A stretch of 64,000 nucleotides of DNA. It comes from Nitrospirota bacterium. GTDB taxonomy: Bacteria; Nitrospirota; UBA9217. Location: contig CAWFSF010000006.1 of NCBI GenBank assembly GCA_963818475.1, positions 672,001 to 736,000 of the forward strand, given 5' to 3'. The translations under genes and the position numbers were made by a program. Positions 35,033 through 43,471 of this stretch are shown piece after piece. Numbering within the stretch: position 1 is the first letter of the stretch; every line of letters begins with the position of its first letter. The notes beneath the pieces were generated by a model, which saw nothing but the letters and a program-made list of their open reading frames with translations, made no database searches and was not told where the DNA came from.

Positions 35033-36487
35033 GTGAATATTACCAGTCGTGTAATTTATGTTTCCGTGTTGCTCTTATGTGTCGTTGCTCTAGCTCATTG
35101 CAAAAGAAAATCCGATCCAGTTCTTTACACTCCACCGCCTGAAGCTCCTCAGAACCTAATAGCTACGGCAGGATTGCAGAAAGTCGAGCTGACTTGGGAC
35201 GCCGTGACCAATGCCAGTATCTATTATATCTATTATGTGAAGTCGCCCTTGTCTACGCAATCCGGCATGGGCATGCTCACCAGCGCAGTTACTACGACAG
35301 CTCAACATCTTCATCTGAGCGGAGGTACATACCATTACACTGTAACGGCAGTAGTAAACTCAATTGAAAGCGGACCTTCAAATGTCGCTTCCGCCGGTAT
35401 AAACCTCGTGTCTTTTACTACATCAACGATGGGTTCCGGAGATCTCTCGACTTGGCCCGATGCCGTATCAGCGGGCGCGAAGACGGGCCTGGCAGCTGGC
35501 GACGCTATCTGTCAAAGCCGGGCAGAAGCAGCCGGATTAGCTGGCATATTCAAAGCGTGGATTTCGGATGATTCGGATGATGCTTATTGCCGCATGCACG
35601 GCCTGACCGGCAAGCTTTCTTTAAACTGCGGCTTAAACAGTCTACCGACCAATGCTGGACCGTGGGTCCGCACAGATGGCGCTCCCTTTGCCGATGTTAT
35701 TAGTGTATTAACTGCATCTACTGCAGTCTTAACCCCTGCGGTATATACCGAGAACGGCACACAATCAAATTATGGCTATATGCATTCCGGAACATGGTCC
35801 CAAGGTGTTGGACAAGTTGGGTCCACGTGCAACAACTGGACATCCGGTTCCGCGTCGGATCACGAGATGGTCGGCAGTATACGGTCGACATATAGAGCCT
35901 TGTTTTGGACAAGTAGTCCCTGTAGCAATACATTCCCTTTGCTCTGCATGGAGCTCGGCTCCGGGCCCCCACTCAACAAAAATGCAACGGGCAAAAAGGC
36001 TTTTCTGAGTTCGGCTTCCGGTCCGGGGAATCTCTCGTCCTGGCCTGCTGCAACCGATACCGGGGCTGCAGCGGGAGATGCGATCTGCACCAAGCTCGCG
36101 GCAAATTCCGGATTGACCGGGACGTTCAAGGCCTGGCTTTCGGATGGATCAGTCAACGCTATCGATAGAATTGCGAGCAATGGGCCTTGGGTCCGTCTTG
36201 ATGGAATCAAAGTCTCAGATAGCAAGCAGGATCTTACTGATGACGCTTTATTCACAACGATAAACCTTACGGAACAAGGAACATACGGGAACATGACAGG
36301 AGCAGTATGGACAGGAACAACCCAAAGCGGATTGAAAACGGTAAATAATTGCAATAGTTGGACCGATGGTACTGCAGGCTCGACAGGTACAACAGGCGTT
36401 CTTAGTTGGTTTGATCGTTACTGGTCAAATAATGCAATAACGCAGTGCGATTCTGTTGGATATCTGTATTGTCTTGAAGATGAATAA
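35033..36487 (+). CDS. Lipoprotein with an FN3 domain and two DUF1554/endostatin-like Cys-rich domains
   Basis: LAHC lipobox; PQNL.A...LTW..V..Y FN3; duplicated GDAIC...FKAW.SD...GPWVR.DG...CN.WT...L.C.E. Confidence 0.72.
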   Translation: MNITSRVIYVSVLLLCVVALAHCKRKSDPVLYTPPPEAPQNLIATAGLQKVELTWDAVTNASIYYIYYVKSPLSTQSGMGMLTSAVTTTAQHLHLSGGTYHYTVTAVVNSIESGPSNVASAGINLVSFTTSTMGSGDLSTWPDAVSAGAKTGLAAGDAICQSRAEAAGLAGIFKAWISDDSDDAYCRMHGLTGKLSLNCGLNSLPTNAGPWVRTDGAPFADVISVLTASTAVLTPAVYTENGTQSNYGYMHSGTWSQGVGQVGSTCNNWTSGSASDHEMVGSIRSTYRALFWTSSPCSNTFPLLCMELGSGPPLNKNATGKKAFLSSASGPGNLSSWPAATDTGAAAGDAICTKLAANSGLTGTFKAWLSDGSVNAIDRIASNGPWVRLDGIKVSDSKQDLTDDALFTTINLTEQGTYGNMTGAVWTGTTQSGLKTVNNCNSWTDGTAGSTGTTGVLSWFDRYWSNNAITQCDSVGYLYCLEDE

Positions 36488-36586
36488 GAGTTCGGTGAGT
36501 ATCAGGCTGGAAAGTCCACATTAACGTGTTAGCTGCAACAAGTGCGGTTATTCGAACCAATCTTATGGCGGCGCTTACTAAGAAAA

Positions 36587-36642
36587 TTCCAACCATCGCG
36601 TCGTGTCCGTCCGCTTCGCGGCGGTACACGCGAGCGTTGTCT
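36587..36642 (+). other. attC-like site
   Basis: ttccAAC catcgcgtcgtgtccgtccgcttcgcggcggtacacgcgagc GTTgtct; 56-nt imperfect palindrome. Confidence 0.5.
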
Positions 36643-36653
36643 CTAAACTTTAC

Positions 36654-37406
36654 ATGATCACTTGCGGAAATTATCGACTTGAGAAGTGGCAACCCGATTT
36701 TTCATCGTCGGGCCAACCCTCGCCTGAATGGATACGAGTAAAATGCGCGGATATACATATCTGTAATTCGCTAGATTGGCTCGAATGGGAGGGCAATCCT
36801 GTCCAGGTTGAAATCTGTGATGCATGCGGTACCCCGGGTTGCGAAAGCGGGGGCTATGTTCATATATCCAAACTGGGTGAGCACATTCTATGGACAAAGC
36901 CGCACATTGATGAGTCTGACGAATGGGCGAGAACCCAATATGAAGCTGCATTTGTTTTGCGCAAGGCAGGGTCAGTAGTGTTACCAGTCTCAGTGCTAAC
37001 TCAGTGGCAGCGCGAAGCACGTAAGAATCGATTCTCAAATTGGTATCCGAGAACTACAAGAGCAAATCTGGCTGCTGCCTGGTTTATGGAGAAATACCCA
37101 TATCTCAAGATGACTTCTATCAGAGATGTTATCCCTTATTTGCGAAAAGAATTGCTCGGTGCCGATACATTGGATGTAACGACTGCGATTGACCGAATGG
37201 AAACGCTAGTTGAGTGGTTTGTTCAGGGGCCAGAACAGGAATTGAGAGGAGAATTAAAAGCCCCATGTTCCGAACTTACAGTTGAGACATTATATTTCGA
37301 CGGTCCTGCTGACAAGGATTGGCCAGCTTTTGCAATTCTTGGAGCCGATGTGTATCCAGCCTTTGGCAAGAATTGGGTTTACCAGTTTAATTCAGATGAA
37401 AGATAA
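36654..37406 (+). CDS. Hypothetical protein (cassette-like ORFan)
   Basis: Lower GC; CDACGTPGC motif; begins just after the attC-like site. Confidence 0.6.
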   Translation: MITCGNYRLEKWQPDFSSSGQPSPEWIRVKCADIHICNSLDWLEWEGNPVQVEICDACGTPGCESGGYVHISKLGEHILWTKPHIDESDEWARTQYEAAFVLRKAGSVVLPVSVLTQWQREARKNRFSNWYPRTTRANLAAAWFMEKYPYLKMTSIRDVIPYLRKELLGADTLDVTTAIDRMETLVEWFVQGPEQELRGELKAPCSELTVETLYFDGPADKDWPAFAILGADVYPAFGKNWVYQFNSDER

Positions 37407-37652
37407 TGCTTCTCACTATAAATAACAACCAGCCGTTCCACAGCAACGCGCGGCGCTCTCCTGATTCCCTTGACTAACGAGTTGAGGCGCGGGCGTTCTT
37501 TGAGCATCACGAAACCCGACAGATGCCGTTGGGTTGCACTCAGTTTAACCCAGCCTGCGAACTGGTCCGCTGAGATCCCGCTGCCATCCTGTTGGAGATG
37601 ATACGACATGTCCGAGTTCAAGGCACGATACAAATGGAGGAGGGAGCTGAGT

Positions 37653-38240
37653 ATGTCAGGAGGGTTCATGCAATATTTGAAAATAACGGTAGTTATATTT
37701 GCCTTGGCTTTATCAGCAGCATGTGCTTCCGGTCCGCCGAAGCCGATCCACGTCGACGAAATGAAGGAACCCGGGGTCGGGCTCATCTACGGCCAATTGC
37801 GGATGCCGAACGAGGATTGGAATCACGTCAATTTGGTCATGATCCAGCGCGTCGGCAAGGTGTACGGCGGCATGGGGCTCAAGGGTTTGAGCGAAAAAGT
37901 GCACGTCACGCGCGATGGCCGGTATGTGGCGGCCAACTTGAAACCGGGGAAATACATGCTGGCCGGTTTTGTCATCGGCAGCGAGACTAACTTCCTGGGG
38001 AAAACCGCATTGGACTATACGATCGAGGTAAAGGCGGGAGGCCTTCATTATCTCGGCACCTACAAGTACGTCATTACCAGGGCGAGCAACATGATCCGTC
38101 CCGGGTCCTTCAATCTCGAAAAGGACGAAACCAGGGCCTCCCATGTCGAGCTTCTCAACTGGGTGGAAGAAGGCGTGCGCGCGACAAAGTGGCATGGGCC
38201 GATAAAAAGAAAACTTGCCGGACTTCAGGGCGGGAAGTGA
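37653..38240 (+). CDS. Hypothetical lipoprotein
   Basis: GGAGG RBS; LSAAC lipobox; NLKPGKY. Confidence 0.7.
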   Translation: MSGGFMQYLKITVVIFALALSAACASGPPKPIHVDEMKEPGVGLIYGQLRMPNEDWNHVNLVMIQRVGKVYGGMGLKGLSEKVHVTRDGRYVAANLKPGKYMLAGFVIGSETNFLGKTALDYTIEVKAGGLHYLGTYKYVITRASNMIRPGSFNLEKDETRASHVELLNWVEEGVRATKWHGPIKRKLAGLQGGK

Positions 38241-38371
38241 CGTCGGCTGAAAAAGGGCTGCAGGTGAAGTTGGACTTACCCTTGCTCATCAAAATTAACC
38301 AAAGTTCTATATACGGGAAAGTTGATTTCTGGTAAAGTTATGCATCTCTCTGTTGGCGGAGTAGCCTAATC

Positions 38372-38962
38372 ATGCAACAGAATAAGATGATACCAGTGGC
38401 CGCATGGATCGCAGGCCTCACGATTGCGGCCTATGTGCTTGCCCAGGCTGCGGTCATGATCATGAGCGGGAGCTTTGATGCAGCATTATTGAGGAGCGCG
38501 CCGACCGTTCCGCAAAACCGTTCGGAAAGCGCAGTGCTCCCGCTTCCGGCTCTTGACACATCAGGCAGGAACAAGTCTGCGAGTGTTTCAAAGGGCGATG
38601 CCGGCTACGGCGTGAAGGTGGAGCAAGTTTCAGATACCCGGTGGATCCTGGACAGGGTAGTAATGCCCGCGAACATCCAGGACCTGCCCTCTTTTTTAAA
38701 GCAAGCGCGCGCAGTACCGTACGTGAAGCAGGGCAGGACCGTGGGGTTTCGGATCACCGGGATCTCGCGGGGCGGTTTTTACGAAAAGATCGGACTTCGG
38801 AATGGAGATGTGCTGCTCCGGGTCAATATGCAGAAGCTTGATGACCCTGCAAGGCTCTTCAGCCTTTATCAGGAGATGAGGAGCAAACGGCATATCTCCA
38901 TCCTCCTTTCCCGAAATGGACAGAGCAGACGTTTGAGTATGCTATTCGTTGAAGAGGGCTGA
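38372..38962 (+). CDS. GspC-like membrane-anchored PDZ protein
   Basis: QARAVPY..G..VGFRI..I..G.FYEKIGLRNGDV. Confidence 0.65.
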   Translation: MQQNKMIPVAAWIAGLTIAAYVLAQAAVMIMSGSFDAALLRSAPTVPQNRSESAVLPLPALDTSGRNKSASVSKGDAGYGVKVEQVSDTRWILDRVVMPANIQDLPSFLKQARAVPYVKQGRTVGFRITGISRGGFYEKIGLRNGDVLLRVNMQKLDDPARLFSLYQEMRSKRHISILLSRNGQSRRLSMLFVEEG

Positions 38963-39000
38963 ACTCGCGCAGAGACGCGACGCAGAGCAAGACGCACAAA

Positions 39001-39095
39001 AATTTGCCCCTCACCTTTGTCCTCTCCCCAGCGGGGAGAGGGTAGGGCGAGGGGGGACTTTCCTGGATGTAACAATATTTAATTTGTTTGCATTA
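39001..39095 (+). mobile_element. MITE-like family A, partial copy 2
   Basis: Same hairpin and right end as 34255..34373. Confidence 0.7.
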
Positions 39096-39124
39096 ATTAC
39101 GATATACCGGAAGGAATTACGACA

Positions 39125-39631
39125 TTGAACGAAGTTCAGATCTATACTGATGGAGCATGCAAACGCAATCCCGGGCCCGGAGGATACGGAGCAGTTCTCC
39201 GCTGCAACGGTCAGGAAAAGATCCTTTCCGGCGGATTTCGCCTGACCACCAACAACCGCATGGAGATGCTGGCCGCGATCGCAGCGCTCGAAAGCCTTTC
39301 CAACGCCTGTGCGGTCACCATTACCAGCGATTCAAAATACGTTGTTGATGCGGTCAGCAAGGGCTGGGCCCGCAAGTGGCGAAGCAACAACTGGAAGAAA
39401 AGTGACGGCCAAAAGGCACTCAACCAGGACCTCTGGATCCGGATGCTGGATCTCTGCGAACGCCACCAGGTCAAATTTGTATGGGTCCGCGGTCATGACG
39501 GGCACCCGGAAAACGAGCGCTGCGACCAGATGGCGACTACTGCAGCTGCCGGAGAAGGCCTGCCCGCGGATGAAGGATATGAACTGATCGGTATTTCCTC
39601 CGATCATCCCGATGCTTTCCAGTTAAGGTGA
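39125..39631 (+). CDS. rnhA: Ribonuclease HI
   Basis: IYTDGAC..NPGPGG, TTNNRME, DSKYV, WVRGH.GHPENERCD. Confidence 0.95.
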   Translation: MNEVQIYTDGACKRNPGPGGYGAVLRCNGQEKILSGGFRLTTNNRMEMLAAIAALESLSNACAVTITSDSKYVVDAVSKGWARKWRSNNWKKSDGQKALNQDLWIRMLDLCERHQVKFVWVRGHDGHPENERCDQMATTAAAGEGLPADEGYELIGISSDHPDAFQLR

Positions 39632-39637
39632 TACAAC

Positions 39638-40027
39638 ATGTCCGAGCCCATCTTCTACATCGACAGTTCTGAGATCCTTGAAGGGAAACTGGAGAAACTC
39701 AAGGCGGCCATGAACGAACTGGTCCAGTTCGTTGAGGCGAACGAGCCCCAGCTCATCTCCTATAACTTTTTCCTCAGTGAGGACGACACCCGGATGACCG
39801 TCGTCGCGATTCATCCTGACTCCGCCTCGATGGAGTTTCACATGGAGGTAGCGGGCCCGGCATTCCGCAAGTTCACGGAATTCATCAAGCTGTCGAAGAT
39901 CGAGGTCTACGGCAAGGTGAGTGACAAAGTGCTGGACCAGCTCCGACAGAAGGCACAGATGTTAGGCAGCGGGACTGTGGTTGTTCACAAACTGCACGCG
40001 GGGATCGCCCGACTCGGAACCCGCTGA
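39638..40027 (+). CDS. Hypothetical protein, dimeric alpha-beta barrel (ABM-like)
   Basis: I.EGKLE..K, EANEP.L..Y, DSASMEFH pattern. Confidence 0.6.
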   Translation: MSEPIFYIDSSEILEGKLEKLKAAMNELVQFVEANEPQLISYNFFLSEDDTRMTVVAIHPDSASMEFHMEVAGPAFRKFTEFIKLSKIEVYGKVSDKVLDQLRQKAQMLGSGTVVVHKLHAGIARLGTR

Positions 40028-40057
40028 GGGCGAATGCTCTAACACGACGTATTCCGG

Positions 40058-41026
40058 CTACTGTTGCCTGCACTGCACTCCAGCGACGGTCCTTGCGCTC
40101 CCGGCTCCGGACAAAGTACTTTTTCCCTCACTGGCCTCCGACGACATCCGCACATAGCCCTGCTCTTGCGCAAGAGCGTCCAAATGGACCGTTGCCAGGT
40201 CCTCGATCGTGATCATTTCCGCCGGCATGGGTGAAAACGAAGCGATCACCTTGAGATATCCTTTGCATACATCACATACCTCTACCCGCCTGGTATCGCG
40301 CTGACCTTCCGCATACAGGTAGTGCTGCGTTTTGTGGTCCTCGTTCCCGCACTGCGCGCACTCCAGCCTCCTGATCTGCCAATCGGCACCGCATGCGCCG
40401 CACCGTAAATGTTTTGCCTGGTCATTGCCCTGCAGCTCTGCCAGCGTCGCTGGTGCTCCGCACACAAAGCAGATGTCCTTATGCCAGGATACTCCGGCGG
40501 CCTGAGGCGATAGCTGCCGGCACCATGTGCGGAGCGCCGGTGTGAGCGCATACTGCGCCAAAGCCAGGAGCAGACCCGGATCAAGGTCCTGTGCAGCAGC
40601 CTCTGCAGCAACAGCGTCGTGTTTACCCGCTGCGGTGAGAGACAGAACGTATCCGGCGTTCAACGTGTTTTTTTCCAGTGCCGTTTTGATCTTGAGCGAC
40701 TCGGCATGGTTATCAGGCGCGTGTTTTGTCCACGGCAGGAGGAGTGGGAAGGCGCGTTTCTCCGCATCGGCAAGTTTTATCATCAGTTCGTGTGCTGAAT
40801 CGACGTCGATATCAAGCTCCCTGTCAAACAGCAGCGGAATGCCCTGCCGCAGCTTCTCTTGCATCTGATCAGGTGTAAGAAGGATGGGTGCGGCATGAAG
40901 ATCTGCATCGCGAAGCAGCGGAAGAATGCGCTCGTACCGGCGCGCGGTGGAAGCGATGGCGGGTATTGTCTGTGCCAATATGCGCAGCCGTTGTATCAGG
41001 GGATCTATTGTGCCTTTAGTATGCAT
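40058..41026 (-). CDS. fdhE: Formate dehydrogenase maturation protein
   Basis: CFVCG, CGAC...W, CAQC, CDVCKGYLK, DLAT.HLD..A...GY. Confidence 0.88.
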   Translation of the reverse strand: MHTKGTIDPLIQRLRILAQTIPAIASTARRYERILPLLRDADLHAAPILLTPDQMQEKLRQGIPLLFDRELDIDVDSAHELMIKLADAEKRAFPLLLPWTKHAPDNHAESLKIKTALEKNTLNAGYVLSLTAAGKHDAVAAEAAAQDLDPGLLLALAQYALTPALRTWCRQLSPQAAGVSWHKDICFVCGAPATLAELQGNDQAKHLRCGACGADWQIRRLECAQCGNEDHKTQHYLYAEGQRDTRRVEVCDVCKGYLKVIASFSPMPAEMITIEDLATVHLDALAQEQGYVRMSSEASEGKSTLSGAGSARTVAGVQCRQQ

Positions 41027-41110
41027 GGCCCTCGAACGAAATGGATAGTGTGATGGGTATGAATCTTCCGGGTTTTGTGTGGGTAGTTTTTCACCCTTTA
41101 TCGATTTTCT

Positions 41111-41485
41111 TGCATATCCCCTTCGCAGCCTGAATGAAATTTTTGACCCGTCTAAGGCCACATCCGCTCGATCGCGCAAACTCGGCCTTTGGCCTCAGAC
41201 AGTGCGCGCTCGCCCTTGCGGGACGCTTCTTTAGGCCAAGACGGGTGCCCAAAAATTTCATAGGGCCGCTCCGTGGACATGCGGGGTTGGTTTAAATACG
41301 TTGCACCAGAAGCTTCCCATGCGAAAATCCAGGCATGCGACCGAGTCCGAGGGTGAAGCATTTCGGACTGTCTGAGCCCGAAGGGCGAGTTTCCGAAATG
41401 TACCGAGGACGACCGAGCATGCCGTAAAGGATTTTCGCCGGGTGCCTCTTTCGGTTACCTTTCTAGGGCAAGCAAGAAAGGTAAC
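41111..41485. repeat. ~375-nt highly structured non-coding element family B, copy 1
   Basis: Colinear with 60130..60512; nested inverted repeats with compensatory changes. Confidence 0.85.
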
Positions 41486-41577
41486 AGAAAACGCGAAAAA
41501 TGGCGCAAATACTGCTTAATAAATCATATAGGCGCTTATTCCACTCACAAGAAAGCCAGAAGATCCGATGTATAAGC

Positions 41578-42492
41578 CTAAAGCTGACCCGCCTGCACCA
41601 GGCTGATCCTGAGCATGAGCCCGCCGAAAAGTACCAGTAACCCGACGACCATCACCGCGCTCTCGTTTGCTATGCCGGCTCTGGTGCGTTGCCAGGTGAG
41701 CCAAAGCGGCAGGAGAGCGCCGAGCAGGACCGCACCTCCCAGAAACACGAAGCCGAAAAAGCCTGTCAGAAGGGGTGCAGCGTACCGCCCTGCCACCGCA
41801 AGCATTACCGCGATCAGCGCCAGCTCGATGATCATGACCACGCGGTCGAAGCGCTCCAGATGGTCAAAGGATTCCTGTGCCGCGTTCTTTCGCCATGCCA
41901 TGGTCAGTGCAATGGCTGCTGCGCCCGTTGACGCGGCCGACGCGATAAAGATCGGGCCGTACAGCGGGTCCGTGGCTTCCCAGAGCGGACGCGCCGTGGT
42001 GTTTACCAGAACTCCGGTGTAGCCTGCGACGAAGAAACCGAAAAAGGAACCAACGGCCGCATAGATCTTGTGCGGGATCTTGCTGAACAGCGCGTGAAAT
42101 TTTTTGAGCGTTTCCTGCGTAAGCCTGCCTTCCTCAGCCAGCACATTGAGAAAGGAGAGGAACGACATGCCGCCGTAAACGAGGAGCGCCCAGGTCCCTA
42201 CGGAAAGCGGGGAGGTCAGGTTCATGTACGGGATGCCGTCTTTGGTATACAAGAACAGATGCCAGAACCGCATCGGCCGTCCGAGGTCGGCGATCAGCAG
42301 GATCGGCGTGATGCAGATCAGGGGGAATGCAATGAGATAGGCGGTCCTGCTGATCTCACGCAGCTTTTCCTTGTTCAAAAGTTCGAGAAGCGAGCCGATG
42401 AAGTATGCCCCTGCTGAAATACCGCCGATATAGAAATACAGGGCGATGTAGTACCATTCCCAGTGAGGGGATTGCGATTCGAGGGCTATCAT
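41578..42492 (-). CDS. NrfD/PsrC-family membrane subunit
   Basis: W.WYIALYFYIGGISAG, LIADLGRP.RFWH, TSPLSVG, YTGVL. Confidence 0.88.
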   Translation of the reverse strand: MIALESQSPHWEWYYIALYFYIGGISAGAYFIGSLLELLNKEKLREISRTAYLIAFPLICITPILLIADLGRPMRFWHLFLYTKDGIPYMNLTSPLSVGTWALLVYGGMSFLSFLNVLAEEGRLTQETLKKFHALFSKIPHKIYAAVGSFFGFFVAGYTGVLVNTTARPLWEATDPLYGPIFIASAASTGAAAIALTMAWRKNAAQESFDHLERFDRVVMIIELALIAVMLAVAGRYAAPLLTGFFGFVFLGGAVLLGALLPLWLTWQRTRAGIANESAVMVVGLLVLFGGLMLRISLVQAGQL

Positions 42493-42532
42493 AATAACAC
42501 CTCCATTTAACGGCAAGCTCCAACGAACTGAC

Positions 42533-42655
42533 AAGCACCAAGCATCAAATTTCAAATCACAAATAAAACTCAAATTTCAAATTCAAAACGTTTTAGTCAT
42601 TGATGATTGGCAATTGGTGCTTATTTGATATTTGAAGCTTGTAATTTGGAATTTC
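42533..42655. repeat. Heptad-periodic AT-rich palindromic element
   Basis: aagcaccaagcatcaaatttcaaat... / ...attggtgcttatttgatatttg...tttggaattt. Confidence 0.6.
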
Positions 42656-42661
42656 GTGAAT

Positions 42662-43471
42662 TTATTCCTTTTCTTTCTTCATCCCTCGTTCGCGGAAGCT
42701 CATGATCGCTGCCGCGGCAACGGCGATGGCCGTGACCACCGTAACGGCAGTGGACCTGAACAGCCTGCGCTGCGGAACTACGGGATGCTCGGGCTGGCCG
42801 TACACGGCGGGGGCGTCCAGGAACAGGTAAAAGACGTTCAGCCCGCCTGCCTCGTCATACCCGTAGATGTTCGCTTTGGCATGTCCCAGGGCCTTGAGCT
42901 GCGCCAGACGCGCATCGGCATTTTTCTTGAGCTCCGAGACCTCGCCGAAGGAGATGGAACCCGTGGGGCAGGCCTTGGCGCAGGCCGTGCCCAGGCCGTT
43001 ATGGATGCGGTCGTTGCAGAGCGTGCATTTGTGCACCGTGCCGGTCTTTTCACTGAAGGAGATCACCCCGTAGGGGCAGGAGGGGATGCAGTATTTGCAC
43101 CCGATGCAGACATCGTCCTGGACCACCACGTTGCCCATATCGGTCCGCACGATGGCTTTGACCGGGCAGGCGTTCAGGCAGCCGGCGTCATTGCAATGCT
43201 TGCAGGAGTCGCTTGAGAAGAGCCAGCGCGTCTCGGTGCGGTCCTTGTCGAACTGTTCGATGAATCGGACATGGCGCCAGTCCGTTGCGGAGAGATTCCC
43301 GGTGTTGTCGTAGGAATTTCCCGTGAAATTGAACGCGACCGGATAGGGCACGTCGGCAACCTTGTGAAAGTGCGAGGGCTCGCCTTCGAGGCCGTTCCAT
43401 TCCTTGCAGGCGACCTGGCAGGCCTTGCATCCGGTGCAGATGGAGGCGTCTACGAACATTCCCTTTGCCAT
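42662..43471 (-). CDS. fdnH: Formate dehydrogenase iron-sulfur (beta) subunit
   Basis: CTGCKACQVACKEWN, CKHC..AGC...CP, CIGCKYC...CP, KCTLC...CAKACP; C-terminal TM. Confidence 0.9.
   Translation of the reverse strand: MAKGMFVDASICTGCKACQVACKEWNGLEGEPSHFHKVADVPYPVAFNFTGNSYDNTGNLSATDWRHVRFIEQFDKDRTETRWLFSSDSCKHCNDAGCLNACPVKAIVRTDMGNVVVQDDVCIGCKYCIPSCPYGVISFSEKTGTVHKCTLCNDRIHNGLGTACAKACPTGSISFGEVSELKKNADARLAQLKALGHAKANIYGYDEAGGLNVFYLFLDAPAVYGQPEHPVVPQRRLFRSTAVTVVTAIAVAAAAIMSFRERGMKKEKE

Noticed and set aside
37484-37558. REP-like doublet (and a single hairpin at 49282-49306)
   Set aside because: Degenerate single occurrences with no RAYT gene in the window; too weak to call.
38372-38962. Type II secretion system locus
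   Set aside because: Only a lone truncated GspC-like PDZ gene is present, with no other gsp genes in the window.
39621-40045. Gene cassette boundaries (GTTAAGG ... CTCTAAC) around the ABM-like gene
   Set aside because: No attC hairpin follows, and 7-mers like these occur by chance.
40058-41361. N-terminal extension of FdhE and small ORFs at 41152 and 60078-60570
   Set aside because: They read through the non-coding family B element.
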